A DNA stretch of 45,041 bases from a virus (lineage: Duplodnaviria > Caudoviricetes): positions 1-45,041 of IMG/VR virus record IMGVR_UViG_3300037755_000621, one strand, 5' to 3'. The notes beneath the pieces were generated by a model, which saw only the letters and a list, made by a program, of their open reading frames with translations, searched no databases and was not told where the DNA came from. The first letter of the stretch is position 1. Each line of letters starts with the position of its first letter. Made by a program: the position numbers and the translations under genes. Positions 19,153 through 26,555 of the stretch are shown in pieces.

Positions 19153-19361
19153 GCGGGGCGGGGGTGATCCTCCTCGAAGGGATCGACCAGGTCACCATCG
19201 ACGAGTTGGTGTCCACCATCACCCAAGCGAAGGCGAAGCTCAACCTCGACCCCCATGACATGCGGATCCTGGCCGGGTTGGAGATCGTGGGCTGGCCTGA
19301 GGCGGGCAAGACGTGGAGGGTGGGGCCGGGGGAACGAATCAACGGAGTGTTGGCTGTCTAG
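19149..19361 (+). CDS. Hypothetical protein
   Basis: ATGA overlap, 70 aa. Confidence 0.6.
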   Translation: MSGAGVILLEGIDQVTIDELVSTITQAKAKLNLDPHDMRILAGLEIVGWPEAGKTWRVGPGERINGVLAV

Positions 19362-19373
19362 AAAGGACAACCC

Positions 19374-19625
19374 ATGACTGATGAGACACAGGAGCGGATG
19401 GAGATTGAAGGCGGGGACATCACCCACCTCGGGTTCGGCGGTCAGAAGATCAGCCGCCACCTCGAGTTGGGCGACGAGTTCTACTTGGTGATCAAGTGTG
19501 AGGTGAGCTCGGTGGGGGACAAGGATTCGGATGGGAAGGTCAGTCACTCCGCGGGGTGCCGCACCGTGATCCTCGCTGAGATCGGCGTGTCCGAGGCGAC
19601 CAAGATCGCCGCCACTCATGCCTGA
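19374..19625 (+). CDS. Hypothetical protein
   Basis: SD AAAGGA, 83 aa. Confidence 0.7.
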   Translation: MTDETQERMEIEGGDITHLGFGGQKISRHLELGDEFYLVIKCEVSSVGDKDSDGKVSHSAGCRTVILAEIGVSEATKIAATHA

Positions 19626-20115
19626 TGACACGTTGCTGCCCCGTCCGACGGTCAGCTTCTTTGTTCACGGCACCCCCGCCCCGCAAGGGAGCAAGCGGGG
19701 GTTCGTGAACAAGAGCACGGGGAAGGTGGCGATGGTCGAGTCCTCCAAGCGGGTGAAACCGTGGAAGGAAGCGGTCAAATCCGCGGCGCTCACCGCGCGG
19801 GGATGGTCCGACGATCTCGACCTGACACCCCCGATGACCGGGCCGGTGTCGGTGACCCTCACCTTCATCCTCCCCCGACCCAAAGGCCACTTCGGGAGCG
19901 GACGCAACGCGCTCAACCTCACGCCGTCTGCCCCCTCATTCCCGGCCACCACCCCCGACCTCGACAAACTGGTCCGGTCGACCCTCGATGGGCTGACCGA
20001 GTCCAACCTGTTCGTCGATGACAAGCAAGTCGTCGGGTTGGAAGCCGCCAAAATTTTTTCGGGTGGACCGTTTCTTGACCCGGGAGCCGAGATCACGGTC
20101 ACGGATTACACCTGA
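19618..20115 (+). CDS. rusA: RusA-family Holliday junction resolvase
   Basis: GTPAPQGSK...PRPK.H...PDLDKLVRSTLDGL....DDKQVV. Confidence 0.93.
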   Translation: MPDDTLLPRPTVSFFVHGTPAPQGSKRGFVNKSTGKVAMVESSKRVKPWKEAVKSAALTARGWSDDLDLTPPMTGPVSVTLTFILPRPKGHFGSGRNALNLTPSAPSFPATTPDLDKLVRSTLDGLTESNLFVDDKQVVGLEAAKIFSGGPFLDPGAEITVTDYT

Positions 20116-20140
20116 TGATTGAACCCCGACCGGAGGTCGC

Positions 20141-21505
20141 ATGACGTGGGAAGCCGTACCCATACCGGGCGGGTGGGAGTACCGACATTCAGACTCGACA
20201 GCACGGATCATCCTCGACTACGTGTTCCCCACTCAGCGAGGGTTGGAGGCGTGGGTGGAGCTGAGGATGGACGACGGGATCCCCGTGGCGCAGGGCCAAC
20301 AGAACCTGATGGCGGTCCGGTCCACTCAACCGTTCCTCGCCGACGTCGACGACGCCGACACGGTCCCTTGGCGAGCGGGGTTGCGCCAGGCGTTCTATGA
20401 GACGATCAACGCGTGGCGCGAGGGAGCACCGACTGTGGACCTAGCCACCATCGAATCGTCGGGGTTGGAGTGGATACTCGACCCGTTGGTGGAGGCGGGG
20501 GGGAACACTCGGATCATCGCCCCCGGCGGGTCGGGCAAGTCCCTGTTCGCGATGGCGCTCGCGCTCGCCGTGTCCACGGGCAGCTCCGAGTTCTTGGGGC
20601 TCAAGCCGCGGGTGACGGGTCCGGTCCTCTACTTGGACTGGGAGACCAACGCTGCCACTCATGCTCAACGGATCAAGGCGCTGTGCGCTCCCGCCGGGGT
20701 CCCCTTCTCACGTGACTTGGTGTACTACCGGTTTGAGGATGCGCCCCTCGCCCGGTCGGTGCAAGCGGTGAGCCGTGCGGTGCGGGAGACCGGGGCGATC
20801 ATGCTGGTGGTCGACTCGGCGATGATGGCGGCGGGGACTAGCGGACAGTCCTCGGGTGAGGACACGACCGGCAACCTGTTCACCGCGCTACGCCAGATCG
20901 CCAAACCCGCCGCGGTTGTCGACCACAAGAGCAGCGAGGCGATCCGCACCCAACGCCTCGGCGGGTACGGGTCGGTGTACAAGGAGAACCTGGCCCGCCT
21001 CCAATACGAGTTCACCTCCTACTCCCGCACCCCCGACCGGCGCCGGTTCATCCTCACCTTGACCAAGGAGAACAACGTCGGCGACGTCGCCCCGATCGGG
21101 TTCGAGTTGGTCACCAAAGGCGGGAAGGACACGGGGATCACCTCGGCGGTGTTCAACCAGGTCGACGCCGAATCGGTGCGGGCGGTGTCCGAGGACGCGG
21201 ACCTGGCCAACCGGATCTTCACGCTGCTCTCCTCGAGCGACACCCCGATGCCGGTGCGGAAGATGTCGGAGATGTTGGGGGTGAAGGATGCGACGGTTCG
21301 TGCTCGCCTCACCCGCGACCAGAGGTTTGTGAACGTGGCGATCGCGGGGGCGGGGCGTTGGCGGTTGGCGGACGGGTTGTTGTCCGAGCCGCGTGACGAC
21401 GGGTTTCAGGGGGAGTTGGAACCTCCCGATGATGAACCTGAGATGCTCGATGATCTGGACCGTGAACCGCCCACCAATTTTCGCGATGGTGGGGAGATAT
21501 TTTGA
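20141..21505 (+). CDS. RepA-like (AAA_25 / SF4-type) helicase with C-terminal HTH-like region
   Basis: Walker A APGGSGKS, VLYLDWE, Walker B LVVDS, VVDH..., GYGS motifs. Confidence 0.85.
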   Translation: MTWEAVPIPGGWEYRHSDSTARIILDYVFPTQRGLEAWVELRMDDGIPVAQGQQNLMAVRSTQPFLADVDDADTVPWRAGLRQAFYETINAWREGAPTVDLATIESSGLEWILDPLVEAGGNTRIIAPGGSGKSLFAMALALAVSTGSSEFLGLKPRVTGPVLYLDWETNAATHAQRIKALCAPAGVPFSRDLVYYRFEDAPLARSVQAVSRAVRETGAIMLVVDSAMMAAGTSGQSSGEDTTGNLFTALRQIAKPAAVVDHKSSEAIRTQRLGGYGSVYKENLARLQYEFTSYSRTPDRRRFILTLTKENNVGDVAPIGFELVTKGGKDTGITSAVFNQVDAESVRAVSEDADLANRIFTLLSSSDTPMPVRKMSEMLGVKDATVRARLTRDQRFVNVAIAGAGRWRLADGLLSEPRDDGFQGELEPPDDEPEMLDDLDREPPTNFRDGGEIF

Positions 21506-21762
21506 GCCGCGCACCGATCCCGTGGTTCAGGCATGAGCCCGAGCGCACCGCCACCGGTTACCGCTGGCTCGACTGGCTGACCGACCCGTATTGGCGGTTT
21601 AGGACGTGGTGGACGGCGCGGTCCTTGTGGAAGCTCATGGCCGTAAATGAGTCGTGGCGACAGGCCCGGGCTCGGACACGGGCATATTTCAGAGAGCACC
21701 CCGAGCTTTTAGAGACGTCTCGGCCAGAGCGGCCGAGCGACACTGAGGAGAGTGGACAATGA
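21502..21762 (+). CDS. Trp/Arg-rich hypothetical protein
   Basis: TTGA and ATGA overlaps. Confidence 0.6.
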   Translation: MSRAPIPWFRHEPERTATGYRWLDWLTDPYWRFRTWWTARSLWKLMAVNESWRQARARTRAYFREHPELLETSRPERPSDTEESGQ

Positions 21763-22181
21763 GCAAGGAAACCAACGCCCGGCGTGCGGGCATTATCACG
21801 GTGATCATTCTGGCGGCGTTCGCCGGATGGCTGCTAGTGGGCACTCTCACCGCCGACGCGGCGGGCTGCGCCACCGGGACAATCGACTGGACAGAGACAA
21901 GCCCACAATGGGCGCCGACCCACGATGAGCAGGGGATACGCACCGCGATCGTCGGGACATTCTTGTGGGTCCAATACGGGGAACGGGGCGGCGAGTACGA
22001 CGGGACGGTGTCCGTCGAGTTGGACGGGACCGAGGCCCTGGCCACGGTCTGCCCCGATGGGACGGTCACCTTCGAATCTGCGCCGGCGCCGGGGATCTCC
22101 ACGGCGGTCACCCTGGTGAACTTCGAGACGTTGTGGGGGTTCGACCCGACCCTCGACCTGAGGGTGGCGGGGCCTCGTTGA
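21759..22181 (+). CDS. Secreted or membrane-anchored hypothetical protein
   Basis: Basic N-terminus plus hydrophobic helix and AxA-like site; SD GAGGAG. Confidence 0.7.
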   Translation: MSKETNARRAGIITVIILAAFAGWLLVGTLTADAAGCATGTIDWTETSPQWAPTHDEQGIRTAIVGTFLWVQYGERGGEYDGTVSVELDGTEALATVCPDGTVTFESAPAPGISTAVTLVNFETLWGFDPTLDLRVAGPR

Positions 22182-22474
22182 TCGACAACCGCCACGACGA
22201 TTGCGGCGGGACCCTCACCCCTGAGGTTCACCCCAAATGGGTGTTCCGCCAGCCCGACAACCCGTCCCGCGGGCTGACCACTCGCGGGACGGAGCGGCTG
22301 GTCCGATGCTCGAAGTGTCGGCGGGTGGGGGTCCCTGTGTCTAGCTTGGAATACCGATCAGCAGATCCACCAACCGGGGAGGTTGCTAATGCTGGCCCTG
22401 ATAACTCTCGCCTGCCTCTGGCTGTGCGAGACCGACTACAACCAGGACGGGTACAACCCGCCGGAGGGCTATGA
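22178..22474 (+). CDS. Hypothetical protein (possible zinc ribbon)
   Basis: TTGA overlap; HDDCGG...CSKC; overlaps next gene by 86 nt. Confidence 0.4.
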   Translation: MIDNRHDDCGGTLTPEVHPKWVFRQPDNPSRGLTTRGTERLVRCSKCRRVGVPVSSLEYRSADPPTGEVANAGPDNSRLPLAVRDRLQPGRVQPAGGL

Positions 22475-22862
22475 GACGGCTCAGATCGCCCCAGGTGACG
22501 ACCCGACGCCGCTCAGGGTGGCTACTGCGTCGGGCTCCCGGTTTTCGCCTGCGGTGGAGGAGTGGCGGCCCCTGGCGGCAGGCCACTTCGGGGACCTGGG
22601 GGTGGGGGCGGTGGACACCGTGCTCTGCCTCATGGGGTTCGAGTCTGGCGGGTTGGCGGCCGCCCGGAATCCGAGCTCGGGAGCGTCGGGGTTGATGCAG
22701 ATACTCCCATCTTGGGCTGACGATTTCGGGGTGTCGAAGGCTGACCTATTCCGCCCGGAGGTCAACTTGTTCATCGCTCGAGCGCTCTATGACGAGGCGG
22801 AGTCCCGTGGGGCGAATGGGTGGGGGCATTGGGCCCCCTGGTTGAGAGGAGAATGTCGATGA
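22389..22862 (+). CDS. Exported lytic transglycosylase (SLT/lysozyme-like)
   Basis: ESGG...A.N.SSGASGLMQI...N...A..LY; hydrophobic N-terminus; SD GGAGG. Confidence 0.88.
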   Translation: MLALITLACLWLCETDYNQDGYNPPEGYETAQIAPGDDPTPLRVATASGSRFSPAVEEWRPLAAGHFGDLGVGAVDTVLCLMGFESGGLAAARNPSSGASGLMQILPSWADDFGVSKADLFRPEVNLFIARALYDEAESRGANGWGHWAPWLRGECR

Positions 22863-22900
22863 GGCCGGTCGGGACGGTAGAGCCTAGGGGGAAATCGTGA
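22859..22900 (+). pseudogene. 13-codon minigene / cassette remnant MRPVGTVEPRGKS
   Basis: Overlaps SLT stop (ATGA) and next start (GTGA); contains a junction-repeat variant. Confidence 0.45.
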
Positions 22901-23097
22901 GCGACGGGTACAAGCCCTTTATCCAGCCTGTGAGTGGACGCGACGAGTGGATCAGAACGGCTAGCTATAAGGATTTGCGTGCTGCTTTGACGTGGGCACT
23001 TGAGGCTGAGCATGAAGCCGCCGATGAATACAACGCCTTTGCCGCTGCTCTTGTCGATTGTCTTGCGGCATCTCAGGGAGGGTCGGTAGAGCCATGA
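22897..23097 (+). CDS. Hypothetical protein (array gene, ends GSVEP)
   Basis: 66 aa; ends in junction repeat A. Confidence 0.65.
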   Translation: MSDGYKPFIQPVSGRDEWIRTASYKDLRAALTWALEAEHEAADEYNAFAAALVDCLAASQGGSVEP

Positions 23098-23336
23098 CCG
23101 ACAATGGTCTGTATGGCAAATACCTGATCTACCCCGTCGAAGCGCAAGACCAGTTCGATCAGTTCTTACCTATTGAGGACGCCTTCGTGTTGCGACCAGC
23201 CAAAGACGATGCAGCCAAGCGGGCACTAGCTGCTTACGCCGACTCCACTGACGATGTTGAACTGAGCCGCGACCTGTGGCGATGGTTGGCCTCTGTTGAA
23301 CGCCCCACTCGGTCGGTCGGGTCGGTAGAGCCATGA
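23080..23336 (+). repeat. Junction repeat A GGGTCGGTAGAGCCATGA at 23080-23097 and 23319-23336
   Basis: Exact 18-bp direct repeat ending in the ATGA stop/start overlap; variant at 22866-22884. Confidence 0.9.
23094..23336 (+). CDS. Hypothetical protein (array gene, ends GSVEP)
   Basis: GLYGKY...FVLRP.KD.AA..AL.AYA motif of a small phage protein family. Confidence 0.75.
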   Translation: MTDNGLYGKYLIYPVEAQDQFDQFLPIEDAFVLRPAKDDAAKRALAAYADSTDDVELSRDLWRWLASVERPTRSVGSVEP

Positions 23337-23518
23337 GCCAGTTGATTGCTGATTGTTCGCATTGCACTTTGGATTCGGCGGGCAGCCCTGCCACTCACAC
23401 GAACTACAACACCGGCGAACCCTGTTTCTGCGATGCACGTTTCGGTTTTCAACCGGCTCCGTGCATTGATGCGCCCGACCCGGTCACCGGAGTGAGTCCA
23501 GAAAACGGAGGTGGATGA
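23333..23518 (+). CDS. Small Cys-containing hypothetical protein
   Basis: Starts in junction repeat A; ATGA overlap. Confidence 0.6.
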   Translation: MSQLIADCSHCTLDSAGSPATHTNYNTGEPCFCDARFGFQPAPCIDAPDPVTGVSPENGGG

Positions 23519-23796
23519 TGTTGGATAGGGACAAACTGAGAGAAGCGGTGGCTGATAAGGGTTTGGTGAATATCGTCAAGGCGAGTAATTCGTTCCGAGA
23601 GATCGGGAACTTCAACCGACTCGTGGAGGCTGCTCGCCTCCTGGCCGACGAGGACACGCTGGTCATCTCCGAAGTGGACGGTGAATGGCTTGATAAAGCA
23701 CATCGAGCTATCGCCGACCTTGGTCCGTGGGTTGGTAGTTCTCAGATGATTCTTGACGCTTTGTTGGCGGTTGAGGTGGGGAGTGGAACCCAATGA
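23515..23796 (+). CDS. Hypothetical protein (ends SGTQ)
   Basis: SD GGAGG; ends in junction repeat B. Confidence 0.65.
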   Translation: MMLDRDKLREAVADKGLVNIVKASNSFREIGNFNRLVEAARLLADEDTLVISEVDGEWLDKAHRAIADLGPWVGSSQMILDALLAVEVGSGTQ

Positions 23797-23958
23797 GAAT
23801 CAACAATGACCGTTTGTATTTGGAATTGAGTTGGGGGCCACGTTCAGACTGGCGCATCCTCGGAGGCCATACGAGCAAGGGATCGCCGCAATTGTTGGTC
23901 AGGTTCGGGCGAGTGTTCTTTCAGATTGTCATTGCCCGAAGGAGTGGAACCCAATGAG
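23780..23958 (+). repeat. Junction repeat B GGAGTGGAACCCAATGAG at 23780-23797 and 23941-23958
   Basis: Exact 18-bp direct repeat containing SD-like GGAG and ATGA. Confidence 0.9.
23793..23957 (+). CDS. 54-aa hypothetical protein (not in ORF track; ends SGTQ)
   Basis: MRINNDRLYLELSWGPRSDW...IARRSGTQ, exactly bracketed by repeat B. Confidence 0.65.
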   Translation: MRINNDRLYLELSWGPRSDWRILGGHTSKGSPQLLVRFGRVFFQIVIARRSGTQ

Positions 23959-24223
23959 CCTGACCCTGAACGATTTTCGACGGGTGACTGGCTATGAGAA
24001 CGGCCAAACCTATTTTGTCCCTGCCACTTTTGAGGAAGTGGTCGAGGCTCTCACCAACGAACACGGAGCCGAGATTATCTGGTGGTGCGAAGCCCACTTG
24101 TCCGCCGAGGGACGAGAAACCGAGCATTGCTGGCGGGGCGCCGTAGCCGAGGGGGCTGATGTTGTCTCGCCGTGTCGCATCGTGAAGCGTCTGCTCCTAC
24201 CTGGGGGAACCACCAATGAGTGA
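23954..24223 (+). CDS. Hypothetical protein
   Basis: Starts in repeat B (MSLTLNDF). Confidence 0.65.
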   Translation: MSLTLNDFRRVTGYENGQTYFVPATFEEVVEALTNEHGAEIIWWCEAHLSAEGRETEHCWRGAVAEGADVVSPCRIVKRLLLPGGTTNE

Positions 24224-24512
24224 ACGCCGCATCGAAATCGTGGAACTGTGCGAACACGGTTGGGCCGATGATGCCCCGCGGCATTCGGAGGTTTACCAAG
24301 AGCATGGGGACGGAACAGTGATGCTCGTCTCGTCCTGCCTTGGTGGTTCTCGTATCGTGATCTCGGAGATACCCGACGAATGGACGGAGCGAGCAGCCAA
24401 GGCTATTCATGCTACGTATTGGCAAGAGGCGAGAGAGGCTGAAGCGCGTGCTGCCCTGACTGCTGCGCTGTTTGGTGGGGTTGTCTCCAAAGAGGAGGGA
24501 AGCGATGTTTGA
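24216..24512 (+). CDS. Hypothetical protein
   Basis: 98 aa; 8-nt overlaps; LCEHG motif. Confidence 0.65.
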   Translation: MSERRIEIVELCEHGWADDAPRHSEVYQEHGDGTVMLVSSCLGGSRIVISEIPDEWTERAAKAIHATYWQEAREAEARAALTAALFGGVVSKEEGSDV

Positions 24513-24801
24513 GGGTCCGTTCTTCTGTCAAGGAGTCAACCTCGAAGCCGCCAAGGCGCATTACAACGGGATCGATTGGCACAATCAGGGCCATGACCCC
24601 TTGTGGTGGGTCAGTGAGGTCATCGCGGCTGCGTTGGGAGAGGTAGTAGAAGCCCACCGAGAGGTCCAACTCCCCGAGATTTGTAAGCACGGTCAGACCA
24701 ACATGCACGTTGCCTTTGGTGCAGAGTCGGCTTGTGCTGGTCCAATTAGTGAACCCAAAGCAAGGCGTTTCGTGTCGGTGTGGAGGCCAGTCGATGAGTG
24801 A
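24505..24801 (+). CDS. Hypothetical protein
   Basis: SD GAGGAGG; ICKHG motif. Confidence 0.65.
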   Translation: MFEGPFFCQGVNLEAAKAHYNGIDWHNQGHDPLWWVSEVIAAALGEVVEAHREVQLPEICKHGQTNMHVAFGAESACAGPISEPKARRFVSVWRPVDE

Positions 24802-25015
24802 TCTACGCTCAGGAGCTGTCGAAGCTATGGATCAGGCCATCTATCAAGCCGATTCCTATGGGGAACGAGGCGAGGCTGCCTTGGCCGCTCTCCTCGTGTT
24901 TTTGGGGGAACACACCGAAGAATGGGGGAAGGCTGCTCGCTTGACCAAATACGCGACCGCTCCCGATGCTGCCATGCGTGACCTTCTCGCCGTGTTGGGT
25001 AGTGGAGAGGAATGA
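24794..25015 (+). CDS. Hypothetical protein
   Basis: SD GGAGG; ATGA overlap with methyltransferase. Confidence 0.65.
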   Translation: MSDLRSGAVEAMDQAIYQADSYGERGEAALAALLVFLGEHTEEWGKAARLTKYATAPDAAMRDLLAVLGSGEE

Positions 25016-25752
25016 CCGCCCGGTTCATCGTTGCGGACGTGTTCGACGGGCTCGCCACGATCCCCGACGGGTCGGTCGACTTGGTGGTCACGTCTCCCCC
25101 GTTCCTGGCGCTCCGCTCCTATCTGCCCGCCGACCATCCTGATAAGGGCAAGGAGATCGGGTCCGAGCCCACGCCGGCCGAGTTCATCGACACCCTGCTC
25201 CGCGTAACACAGGAGTTACGCCGGGTGCTCGCTCCGCACGGGTCGATTTGCGTCGAATTGGGCGACACCTACGCCGGGTCTGGTGGTGCTGGCGGCGACT
25301 ACGTTGAAGGGGGATGGCGAGAAGGCCAGACGGTCTACTCCGGGTCTGCCCTCGCGGAACGTTGGGGGCTCGATCCTTCGGCTCCCCACCAACGCGGGAA
25401 GCAGATTAGGGCCGGGGGGCTCAATGGCCCTGGCTGGCCTCTCGCCAAGTCCCGTGCCCTGATCCCCTCCCTCTACGAGATCGCGTTGGCCTACGGGATC
25501 AACCCCCTCACCGGAACAGAAAGCCCAGCAGGGCAATGGCGGGTCCGCAACGTTGTCACCTGGGCCCGACCCAACCCTCCAGTTGGTGCACTCGGAGACA
25601 AGTGGCGGCCGGCAACTCCGACCTGGTGGTGGCGTGCGTGTCGGGGAAACGGTATTGGGACGACCTCGCAACACGGAAACCCGCCGACCCCGCTAACAAG
25701 CGGCCTTCGGAATTGTCGCGCAACGGCATCCCAGGTCGCTCCGACCAAGTGA
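25012..25752 (+). CDS. Amino-DNA methyltransferase (beta-class N4C/N6A), N-terminal catalytic part; appears to leave the conserved frame near 25615
   Basis: IPDGSVDLVVTSPPF (motif IV), ELRRVL.PHGS...LGDTY, W.VRN.VTW.RPNP. Confidence 0.85.
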   Translation: MTARFIVADVFDGLATIPDGSVDLVVTSPPFLALRSYLPADHPDKGKEIGSEPTPAEFIDTLLRVTQELRRVLAPHGSICVELGDTYAGSGGAGGDYVEGGWREGQTVYSGSALAERWGLDPSAPHQRGKQIRAGGLNGPGWPLAKSRALIPSLYEIALAYGINPLTGTESPAGQWRVRNVVTWARPNPPVGALGDKWRPATPTWWWRACRGNGIGTTSQHGNPPTPLTSGLRNCRATASQVAPTK

Positions 25753-26555
25753 TGAATCCTCTCGGGCCCGACGGTCAGCGCATCATCTCGAATGGCGCGG
25801 GTGCTCCGCTTCTCGACTACTGGGTGATCCCCCCCACCGGCTACACCGGCGCACATTACGCGGTGTTCCCTCCTGAACTGGTCGAACCGTGCGTGAAAGC
25901 CATGTGCCCGTTCAGGGTTTGTACTGTATGCGGTCTAGCACTAGGCTTAGAGCGTGGCAGTAACGACTTGCAAGGAGTGTGGAAATCCGGGCGGGAGCGA
26001 GTGGGCGAAGACATTTTGCTCACCGACTTGTCGGAACCGACATACAGCTCGGAACCGGACTTCGACCAAGGGCTTCATTCGGTCAGCGAAGGGATACATT
26101 CAGATTCGGGCTCCTGGTCATCCGATGGCGTCGAAGGAGGGGTACGTTATGGAACATCGGCTTGTGATGGCCGAGGCTCTGGGTCGCAATCTGGAAGCGT
26201 GGGAAGTCGTCCATCACAAGAACGAGTTGAAGGACGACAATCGCATCGAGAACTTGGAACTGCTGACCAAAGCGGACCACGATCGTCTTCCGAAGCCTCT
26301 GCCGAAACCGCATTCTTGTCCTCACTGCGGCGGGTTGATTCTCACGTATCGGAATGTCCGGCCTGTGGCGGTCCACTCAGCAACGGAACAGTCTTAGATC
26401 CATTCGCCGGCTCCGGCACCACCCTCGCCGTAGCCACCGGCCACGGCCACGGCGCTATCGGCATCGACATCGACGAACGCAACGCCGACCTCGCAATGGA
26501 CCGGGTCGGGCCGCTTCTCATGTCCTTCCCCGAGACGCTGTACAAGCAGCCATGA
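25617..26555 (+). CDS. DNA methyltransferase, C-terminal SAM-binding part (-1 frame; alternative ATG at 25752)
   Basis: SDLVVAC..KRYWD, DYWVI...AHYAVFPPELVEPC, VLDPFAGSGTT (motif I), AIGIDI. Confidence 0.85.
   Translation, partial: SDLVVACVSGKRYWDDLATRKPADPANKRPSELSRNGIPGRSDQVMNPLGPDGQRIISNGAGAPLLDYWVIPPTGYTGAHYAVFPPELVEPCVKAMCPFRVCTVCGLALGLERGSNDLQGVWKSGRERVGEDILLTDLSEPTYSSEPDFDQGLHSVSEGIHSDSGSWSSDGVEGGVRYGTSACDGRGSGSQSGSVGSRPSQERVEGRQSHRELGTADQSGPRSSSEASAETAFLSSLRRVDSHVSECPACGGPLSNGTVLDPFAGSGTTLAVATGHGHGAIGIDIDERNADLAMDRVGPLLMSFPETLYKQP
25919..25947 (+). promoter_or_regulatory. Intragenic leaderless promoter for nested HNH gene
   Basis: TTGTAC(25919-25924)-17 nt-TAGGCT(25942-25947)-6 nt-GTG 25954. 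Confidence 0.6.
25954..26397 (+). CDS. HNH endonuclease nested in the +1 frame inside the methyltransferase gene
   Basis: GYI....PGHP.A...GYVMEHRLVMAEALGR.L...EVVHHKN..KDDNRIENLEL; N-terminal CxxC..FCSxxC. Confidence 0.9.
   Translation: MAVTTCKECGNPGGSEWAKTFCSPTCRNRHTARNRTSTKGFIRSAKGYIQIRAPGHPMASKEGYVMEHRLVMAEALGRNLEAWEVVHHKNELKDDNRIENLELLTKADHDRLPKPLPKPHSCPHCGGLILTYRNVRPVAVHSATEQS

Noticed and set aside
22866-23958. 18-bp repeats as a CRISPR array
   Set aside because: There are only two copies of each, the spacers are 140-220-nt coding genes, and no cas operon is present.
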